DNA from: Erysipelotrichaceae bacterium
GTDB taxonomy: Bacteria; Bacillota_I; Bacilli_A; Erysipelotrichales; Erysipelotrichaceae
NCBI GenBank assembly: GCA_963663995.1
Contig: OY760660.1
Location: forward strand, 1,590,001 to 1,622,000
DNA length: 32,000 nt
Reading direction: 5' to 3'
Positions 25,891 through 32,000 of this stretch are shown piece after piece. The notes beneath the pieces were generated by a model. The model ran no database searches. It was given only the letters and a program-made list of their open reading frames with translations, and was not told the origin of the DNA. The first letter of the stretch is position 1, and each line of letters starts with the position of its first letter. Both the position numbers and the translations under genes were made by a program.

Positions 25891-26379
25891 ATGTTTTTTA
25901 AGAAAAAAGTAAACTATAAAAATGGTATTATCTATAATCCAGTAGATGGAGAATATATGAAACTAGAAGATGTTAACGATAGTGTTTTTAGTCAAAAAAT
26001 GATGGGAGATGGTTTTGCGATTAAGCCAACATCAAATAAAATTTATTCTCCTGTAAATGGAAAAGTCTTAACCATTTTTCCTGACCAACATGCTTTAGGT
26101 TTAGAAGCGGAAAATGGAGAAGAAATTATCATTCATATAGGTTTAGAGACGGTTTATTTAAAGGGAAATAACTTTAAAACTAAAGTTAAAATAGGAGATA
26201 AAGTGAATGTTGGTGATATTTTATCAATTGTAGATTTTAAATCGATAAAAAAACAATGTATTGATACTACAGTCATAACTGTTGTGCCTAACATTGATCA
26301 ATATGAAAGTAGCATAGTGCCGATAAGAGGAAATATTAATAATCTATTCCCAATTATGAAAATTAAGAAGAAAGAATAA
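25891..26379 (+). CDS. PTS glucose-family EIIA (EIIA-Glc fold)
   Basis: 162 aa. FSQKMMGDGFAIKP, the HALGL histidine region and IIIHIGLETVYLKG (phospho-His loop) are typical of EIIA-Glc domains. GGGAGA RBS. Confidence 0.85.
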   Translation: MFFKKKVNYKNGIIYNPVDGEYMKLEDVNDSVFSQKMMGDGFAIKPTSNKIYSPVNGKVLTIFPDQHALGLEAENGEEIIIHIGLETVYLKGNNFKTKVKIGDKVNVGDILSIVDFKSIKKQCIDTTVITVVPNIDQYESSIVPIRGNINNLFPIMKIKKKE

Positions 26380-26381
26380 AT

Positions 26382-27203
26382 ATGAAAATCATAAAACTTT
26401 ATAACAATAATGTGGTTATGGCTATTGATTCAAAAAAGAATGAAGTCGTAGTAATGGGAAACGGTTTGGGATTTAAAACAAGTGTTGGAGATAACATTGA
26501 TGAAAGAAAAATTGAAAAAACATTCATATTAAAAGACTATGATTCTAAACTATCTGAGCTTATAAATGATATTCCAATGGTTTATCTTGAAATAACTGAA
26601 GAGATTGTTAAATATGCTAAATCAAAATTTAATATGCAGTTAAATAAGAATATTTATTTACAGTTAACAGATCATTTGTATTTTGCGATAGAACGATTAA
26701 AACAAAATATTAGTATTGAAAATCCATTTGTCTTTGACATCAAGCAATATTACATGGAGGAGTACAATGTCGCACTTACTGCAAAAAGGATAATAAGAAA
26801 TCGATTAAATTTTGAAATAAACGATGAGGAAGTTGGATATATTGCAATGCACATCTTTGAGGCTAGTAATGACTCAAATAGAAAAGATTTCCAACGTGTT
26901 AATCAATTGATGAAAGAAGTTATAGAGTTCATTCAAGAGCATTTGGATTTAAGTAGAAACGAAAAAACACTTGAGTATAATCGCTTAAAAATTCATGTGA
27001 ACTATTTTGCGAAAAGGTATATAAAAAATAACGAAAGCAAAAATACTGACAAAATTATGGATGATACGATTAAGAATACATTCATTGAAGAGTCGAACTG
27101 TGTAAGACAATTATCAAATTATCTTGCGAAAAAATATGGTCGAGTAATGACCGATGCAGAAAAAAATTACTTAACACTACATTTAAGAAATTGTAGAAAT
27201 TAA
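26382..27203 (+). CDS. licT: BglG/LicT/SacY-family transcriptional antiterminator (CAT RNA-binding domain + PRD1 + PRD2)
   Basis: 273 aa. The N-terminal MKIIKLYNNNVVMAIDSKKNEVVVMGNGLGF is the CAT domain. PRD histidines are in LQLTDHLYFAIERL, GYIAMHIFEA and LKIHVNYF/LTLHLRN. Cognate RAT sequences flank the gene. Confidence 0.9.
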   Translation: MKIIKLYNNNVVMAIDSKKNEVVVMGNGLGFKTSVGDNIDERKIEKTFILKDYDSKLSELINDIPMVYLEITEEIVKYAKSKFNMQLNKNIYLQLTDHLYFAIERLKQNISIENPFVFDIKQYYMEEYNVALTAKRIIRNRLNFEINDEEVGYIAMHIFEASNDSNRKDFQRVNQLMKEVIEFIQEHLDLSRNEKTLEYNRLKIHVNYFAKRYIKNNESKNTDKIMDDTIKNTFIEESNCVRQLSNYLAKKYGRVMTDAEKNYLTLHLRNCRN

Positions 27204-27207
27204 TAAG

Positions 27208-27237
27208 AGATAGTGACTATTAAATTAGGCTAAACTC
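27208..27237 (+). promoter_or_regulatory. RAT-like site 2 (diverged)
   Basis: AGATAGTGACTATTAAATTAGGCTAAACTC keeps the GAT.GTGACT....A..AGGC.A.AC skeleton of a RAT and overlaps the next hairpin. Confidence 0.5.
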
Positions 27238-27268
27238 AGGATTCTTTAATCTTGAGTTTTTATTTTAT
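27232..27268 (+). terminator. Conditional terminator overlapping RAT 2
   Basis: AAACTCAG (27232-27239) pairs with CTTGAGTTT (27251-27259) and is followed by TTATTTTAT. Confidence 0.5.
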
Positions 27269-27344
27269 CTAGCTAAAAAGGAGGGATATAGAAAATTAAA
27301 GAAATGAATCTTAATGGAAAATCGATATGAAAGGAGAAATTTAA

Positions 27345-28688
27345 ATGGATTTTAAAAAAGTTGCAGAACAAATACTGCAAAATGTCGGTGGAGAAGAAAA
27401 TATTACGAGTTTATTAAGTTGTTTTACAAGAGTTAGAATTGAAGTTAAAAATAAAGATTTAGTTAATGTTGAAGAAATTAGCAAACTTGGAGGTGTTCAA
27501 GGAACCACTTGGATGAGAAACCAATTTCAAATTATTATGGGTGGGAAATGTAATGATACCTTTGATGCACTAAGTAAAATTGTAAAACTTAATGATGAAA
27601 ATCAATCAATCGAATTTAAGAAAATGTCTTTTGGGGCAATTGTTGTAGATTACATTACAGGTTCAATTCAACCAATTATTCCAGTATTGATTGGTGCAGG
27701 GATGATTCAAGGTTTAATTGCATTATTTGCTTATTTAAATGTTGATACAACGACGTATTTGTATCAAGTTGTTAATGCGAGTGGACAAGCAGGTTACTAT
27801 TTTTTGCCAATATTCCTAGCTTTTTCTTCAGCAAGAAAATTAGGTGTTAATGCTTATATTGGAGCAGCTGTAGGAGCTATCTTGGTTTATCCAGGTTTAC
27901 TTGCGATTGCAGGTTCTGGTGCAAGTGTAACATTATTTGGAATACCTGTGATTTTGGTCAACTATAGTTATAGTATTACGCCAATATTACTTTCAATGCC
28001 ATTGGTAATGTACATTGAGAAATTTTCAAAAAAGATTTCACCAGATATTATAAAAGCAGTACTAGTACCAGCATTAACATTAATAATTTCAGTTCCAATT
28101 ATTTTAGTGTTAACGGGACCTGCAGCTAATGTCGTTTCTGAAGTTATTGGAAAGGGAGTTAGTTGGTTGTATACAAATTCACCAATCTTTGGTGGTCTAA
28201 TTATTGGAGCATTAAGTCCTTACTTCGTCTTAACAGGTGTTCATCAAGCTACTGCAATTCCTATTGTGTTAACTGAATTAACAATGTATGGATTCACTAT
28301 TCTATTCCCATTATTAGCTTACGGAAATATCGCGATGGCAGGATCAGCATTTGGTGTCGCCTTAAAAACTAAGGATAAAGAATTAAAATCAACAGCCTTA
28401 AGTGCAACAGTTATCGCAACAATTGGGATTACAGAACCAGCATTATTTGGTGTTCTATTACCTAAGAAAAAACCTTTGATTTCAATCGGTATTATGGCAG
28501 GTATCTGTGGTGCAGCAACAATGCTGTTTCAAGTCAAAGCATATGGTCTTGGTTTATGCGGATTAGGTGGTATTCCTGTATTCCTAGGTGACACATTTGG
28601 TCTATGGGCTGGCTTAATGATTTTCTCATTTATTGGTGCATGTTTGATTACTTATTTTATTGGATTTGATGATGTAAAAGGAGCATAG
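27345..28688 (+). CDS. PTS glucose/beta-glucoside-family EIIBC permease
   Basis: 447 aa. The EIIB domain has GGEENITSLLSCFTRVRIEV, a variant of the CATRLR phospho-Cys motif. A polytopic EIIC follows (GITEPALFGV motif). AAAGGAGA RBS. Confidence 0.9.
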   Translation: MDFKKVAEQILQNVGGEENITSLLSCFTRVRIEVKNKDLVNVEEISKLGGVQGTTWMRNQFQIIMGGKCNDTFDALSKIVKLNDENQSIEFKKMSFGAIVVDYITGSIQPIIPVLIGAGMIQGLIALFAYLNVDTTTYLYQVVNASGQAGYYFLPIFLAFSSARKLGVNAYIGAAVGAILVYPGLLAIAGSGASVTLFGIPVILVNYSYSITPILLSMPLVMYIEKFSKKISPDIIKAVLVPALTLIISVPIILVLTGPAANVVSEVIGKGVSWLYTNSPIFGGLIIGALSPYFVLTGVHQATAIPIVLTELTMYGFTILFPLLAYGNIAMAGSAFGVALKTKDKELKSTALSATVIATIGITEPALFGVLLPKKKPLISIGIMAGICGAATMLFQVKAYGLGLCGLGGIPVFLGDTFGLWAGLMIFSFIGACLITYFIGFDDVKGA

Positions 28689-28694
28689 ATTAAA

Positions 28695-30632
28695 ATGAAA
28701 GAATTTAACAGATTAAATAGAGGTAAGTATCCAAATCTTTTCAAACCATTGAAAGTTGGCAATATGATGCTTCAAAATAGAATTATTTCTGCGCCACTTG
28801 GAAGTCTTACTGATAAATCAGTTAGTGGAATAGGAATGATTATTAGAGGTACAAGTGGTTCAGTTCCTGATAGTAGGGCAAGAATGGCACCGGGTGCATA
28901 TTGTTTCGAGAATATACAAACAAGTGCACAAGCTAGAGAACAAGTATCAACGATTAAACAACGTGGTGCTAAAGCTGAATTTGAACTTTGCCATGTAGGC
29001 TTATATGCAAAGGTAAGAGAAGATGATTATGCGATTGGACCAGTTTCTTTTACTAGAGAAAATGGAACAAAAGTTAAAGCTATGGATGAAGCGATGATGA
29101 ATGACATTGCAGATAAATTTGCACAGGGTGCAATGGATGCTAAACAATATGGCTTTGATGTCGTAATGCTTCATTTTGCTCATGGATGGTTACCTGCACA
29201 ATTTCTATCACCATATTTCAATAAAAGAACAGATGAATATGGTGGGAGTTTTGAAAATCGTGTTAAATTCCCGATAATGATTGTGGATAGAGTCAGAAAA
29301 GCGGTCGGGCCTGATTATCCACTAGATATGAGGATTAGTGCCTCTGAGCATATTGAAGGAGGCATTGATCCAAAAGAAGTTATTAAATTTATTAAATTGA
29401 TCGAAGATAAAATTGACATGGTTCACATTTCATGTGGAATGGAACAAGATCTTCATACAATGATGCATATGATTACACCAACTTACAAAGCACATAAATA
29501 TAATGCACATTGGGCAAAAGAAATGAAAAAAGAAGTCAAAATTCCTGTTGCGGTAGTTGGTGCAATTATGACACCAGAAGAAGGTGAAGAAATTATTGCC
29601 GAGGGCTATGCAGATGCTGTGGTAATCGGTCGCCAAATCATTGCGGATCCATTTTGGGTTAAAAAAGCTTGGGAAGGTAGAAGTGAAGATATTGTACCTT
29701 GTTTAAGATGTATGAATTGTTATAACTCATATCAACAAGGCAAAAATACAGCTTATGGAATGAAAAATATCCCTAATTGCTCAGTTAATCCACGGTACTT
29801 ACATGAAGATAGAGTTCCCGTCAAACTTGAAATTGCTGATGTAAGAAAGAAGGTTATTGTTATTGGTGGTGGTCCAGCAGGAATGAAAGCAGCATTAACT
29901 GCATGTGAAAAAGGTCATCAAGTTGATTTATATGAAAAAGAAAGTGTATTGGGTGGTCAATTAGTTTGTGCAGATTATGATATTACAAAAGTTGACCTGA
30001 AAAGATATAAAGATTATTTAGTTGCACAAATAAATAAGTCTAATGTCTCAGTACACTTAGCTACTAAATTAACAACTGATGAGCTTAGAAAGTTGGAAGC
30101 CGATTCAGTTATATTGGCATTAGGTGCTTCACCAAGTAAACCTAGTATTGATGGAATAGATGAACCTTATGTCTACTCAGCATTGGAAGCCTATGAAAAA
30201 CAAAATAACATAGGTGAAAATGTTTTAGTTATTGGTGGAGGTCTAGTAGGTTGTGAAATTGCTGCATTATTAGCAAGTCAAAATAAAACGGTTACAGTAG
30301 TTGAATTCACAGATGAAATCATCTCAAATGCTAATCGTCACGTAAAAGAAGGATTATTACAAAAAATGTCACAATACGATAATCTTGATGTATTGACATC
30401 AACAAGTTGTACAAGAATCCAAAATAACAAAGCAGAATTAAATAGTGCAAATAAAAAACAAAGCATTCATGTAGATACTGTTATTTATTCAACAGGTATG
30501 TGTTCTAGGAAAGATGAAGCAAATAGTATGTTTGGAATTATTCAAGATACAAATATAATTGGTGATGCAAATAAAGTTGCCACCGTCTGGGAAGCAACAC
30601 ATGATGGTTATTTCTCAGCGCAAAAATTGTAG
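28695..30632 (+). CDS. Enoate-reductase / 2,4-dienoyl-CoA-reductase-like flavoprotein (OYE-type FMN domain, [4Fe-4S] motif, FAD/NAD(P) domain), paralog 2
   Basis: 645 aa. HFAHGWLPAQFLSPYFNKRTDEYGGSFENRVKFP and DMRIS. Cys336-x2-Cys-x2-Cys-x19-Cys362 (29700-29780). VIVIGGGPAGMKAA and VIGGGLVGCEIA. The start is 6 nt after the EIIBC stop, with AAAGGAG inside the EIIBC 3' end. Confidence 0.85.
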   Translation: MKEFNRLNRGKYPNLFKPLKVGNMMLQNRIISAPLGSLTDKSVSGIGMIIRGTSGSVPDSRARMAPGAYCFENIQTSAQAREQVSTIKQRGAKAEFELCHVGLYAKVREDDYAIGPVSFTRENGTKVKAMDEAMMNDIADKFAQGAMDAKQYGFDVVMLHFAHGWLPAQFLSPYFNKRTDEYGGSFENRVKFPIMIVDRVRKAVGPDYPLDMRISASEHIEGGIDPKEVIKFIKLIEDKIDMVHISCGMEQDLHTMMHMITPTYKAHKYNAHWAKEMKKEVKIPVAVVGAIMTPEEGEEIIAEGYADAVVIGRQIIADPFWVKKAWEGRSEDIVPCLRCMNCYNSYQQGKNTAYGMKNIPNCSVNPRYLHEDRVPVKLEIADVRKKVIVIGGGPAGMKAALTACEKGHQVDLYEKESVLGGQLVCADYDITKVDLKRYKDYLVAQINKSNVSVHLATKLTTDELRKLEADSVILALGASPSKPSIDGIDEPYVYSALEAYEKQNNIGENVLVIGGGLVGCEIAALLASQNKTVTVVEFTDEIISNANRHVKEGLLQKMSQYDNLDVLTSTSCTRIQNNKAELNSANKKQSIHVDTVIYSTGMCSRKDEANSMFGIIQDTNIIGDANKVATVWEATHDGYFSAQKL

Positions 30633-30650
30633 AAATTTTCAATTATTATT

Positions 30651-30680
30651 TATGCCGACTATTATGTCGGCATATTTTGT
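30651..30680 (+). terminator. Rho-independent terminator of the second PTS-reductase operon
   Basis: TATGCCGAC-TATTAT-GTCGGCATA followed by TTTTGT. Confidence 0.75.
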
Positions 30681-30729
30681 AAGATGCAAAAATGGAAAGT
30701 TTTTTCACATGCTATGCTTTAATATAGAT

Positions 30730-31563
30730 ATGATGAAAATAAAAGACTACCACACACATACAGAATTCAGTGATGATTCAGTTTATCCTATGGAAGAAGC
30801 GGTTGTTGATGCGATTAATTTCGGTATAGAGGAATTATGTTTTACTGATCATGTAGATTATGGTGTTCATCCAGATTTCCATGATCCAAGTGCTAAAGTT
30901 GTTAATGGAAAGAAAATTGCTAATGTAGATTATCCAGTTTATATCAAGCGAATTGATGAGCTACAAGTAAAATATAAAGATCAAATCGTTTTGAGGAAGG
31001 GATTAGAGTTTGGGATTCAAACACACACTATTGATCAATTTCAAAAAGTTTTCGATAGTTATGACTTGGACTTTGTTTTATTATCAATACACCAAGTACA
31101 CGATGAAGAGTTTTGGACATTCGAATATCAAGATTCAAAAACACAAGATGAATATAACTTAGGCTATTACCAAGAAATGTTAGATGTCATAAAGCTTTAT
31201 AAAGATTATAGTGTATTAGCTCATATGGATTTAATGCGTCGCTATGATAAAAATGGACATTATCCTTTTGAAAAAACAAAAGAGATCGTTACTGAAATAT
31301 TAAAACTCGTTATTAAAGATGGCAAAGGGATAGAAGTAAACACATCATCCTTTAAATATGGTCTAGATGATTTAATGCCATCAACTGATATTTTAAAATT
31401 ATATAAAGAACTAGGTGGACGAATTATTACGATAGGAAGTGATTCACATCGCAAAGAACATTTAGGTTCTCATATTAAAGAAGTTAAAGAAACATTGAAA
31501 GTATTAGGGTACACAGAATACTGCACATTTGAGAAAATGAATGTTATTTTTCATGCTTTATAA
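30730..31563 (+). CDS. PHP-family histidinol-phosphatase-like (HisJ/HisK-type) metal-dependent phosphoesterase
   Basis: MMKIKDYHTHTEFSDDS (HxH motif), FTDHVDYG, SIHQV, LAHMD and IGSDSH metal-ligand motifs. The 30559 start in the ORF track overlaps reductase 2 and the terminator and is rejected. Confidence 0.8.
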   Translation: MMKIKDYHTHTEFSDDSVYPMEEAVVDAINFGIEELCFTDHVDYGVHPDFHDPSAKVVNGKKIANVDYPVYIKRIDELQVKYKDQIVLRKGLEFGIQTHTIDQFQKVFDSYDLDFVLLSIHQVHDEEFWTFEYQDSKTQDEYNLGYYQEMLDVIKLYKDYSVLAHMDLMRRYDKNGHYPFEKTKEIVTEILKLVIKDGKGIEVNTSSFKYGLDDLMPSTDILKLYKELGGRIITIGSDSHRKEHLGSHIKEVKETLKVLGYTEYCTFEKMNVIFHAL

Positions 31564-31617
31564 CATATCTTTGCATCATTGATATAAGGCAAAAAAATGC
31601 TGTGGTAAAATTCTACT

Positions 31618-32000
31618 ATGGATTATATACAAGTCGATAAAACATCAAAAATTCCTATTTACAATCAAATAGCTGGATCACTTGAAGATGCCATTCTAAA
31701 TCATTTATTACCAAATGGTTACCATCTTCCAACTGAAAAGGAAATTGCTGATTTTTATAATGTCAGTATTGGTATTGTGAAAATTGCGTTTGCTTTATTA
31801 GAAGAAAGAAATCTCGTTTTAAGAATAAAAGGCAAAGGTTCATTTGTTAAAAATAGAGAAAAACATTTCTATAAACTCTCTGATTTAAGGTTAGATTTGG
31901 AAACACATATTCCATTTCACACTGCTTTGTTTGAAAAGAAAAACTCATCTAAATTAGATCCTTCCTATGCACGTTATTTTGATGATCCTAATTTATATCA
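31618..32000 (+). CDS. GntR-family transcriptional regulator (5' partial, runs off the right edge)
   Basis: The frame is open from ATG 31618 to the window end. IPIYNQIAGSLEDAILNHLLPNGYHLPTEKEIADFYNVSIGIVKIAFALLEERNLVLRIKGKGSFV is a canonical GntR wHTH. Confidence 0.75.
   Translation, partial: MDYIQVDKTSKIPIYNQIAGSLEDAILNHLLPNGYHLPTEKEIADFYNVSIGIVKIAFALLEERNLVLRIKGKGSFVKNREKHFYKLSDLRLDLETHIPFHTALFEKKNSSKLDPSYARYFDDPNLY

Noticed and set aside
27278-27330. A strong SD-like AAGGAGGG is followed at 18 nt by an 8-codon mini-ORF (MNLNGKSI) just before the EIIBC gene.
   Set aside because: The SD-to-ATG spacing is too long, the ORF is tiny, and it overlaps the genuine EIIBC RBS. I treat it as leader sequence.
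30559-30729. The ORF track gives long N-terminal extensions for the PHP phosphatase (30559). Similar extensions occur for EIIB (22132), metA (5236) and the EAL protein (13085).
   Set aside because: The extensions overlap upstream genes, terminators or promoter elements and lack RBSs. Internal starts with RBSs give family-typical N-termini.

Overview
This is 32 kb of chromosomal DNA from a low-GC Gram-positive (Bacillota-type) bacterium. It uses the standard bacterial code: TGA acts as a stop, for example at 962-964. Genes are densely packed and most have GGAGG-type ribosome-binding sites. In order, the window holds: the 3' end of a phosphonate ABC importer (phnC', phnE, phnE); an IS1182-family insertion sequence 6 nt after the phnE stop; a metY-metA-rrf2 sulfur amino-acid operon with no recognisable S-box or T-box leader; a sulfite-oxidase-fold lipoprotein; ssrA (tmRNA) with its own promoter and terminator; an internally deleted hexapeptide acetyltransferase; an HD hydrolase overlapping an orphan PTS EIIB-like gene; a Cof-type HAD phosphatase; an RpiR regulator; an AEC transporter; a PhnB/VOC-like protein; a 5TM-PAS-PAS-degenerate GGDEF-EAL signalling protein; a polar amino-acid ABC transporter; and GNAT, S51 peptidase and Dabb genes. 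The most unusual part is about 11 kb (19.8-30.7 kb) with two back-to-back PTS operons. The first is a Lac/cellobiose-type EIIA-EIIB-EIIC set next to a divergent LicR-type PRD activator. The second is a Glc/beta-glucoside-type set (EIIA, LicT-type antiterminator, EIIBC) preceded by two RAT/terminator switches. Each operon ends in a paralogous gene of about 630-645 aa with the OYE, [4Fe-4S] and FAD/NAD(P) architecture of enoate reductases and 2,4-dienoyl-CoA reductases. Neither operon contains a phospho-glycosidase. The window ends with a PHP-family phosphatase and the 5' part of a GntR regulator. I recognised no rRNA, tRNA, CRISPR array, prophage or defence genes. All functional calls rest on motifs read by eye from the translations. 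No database search was run.
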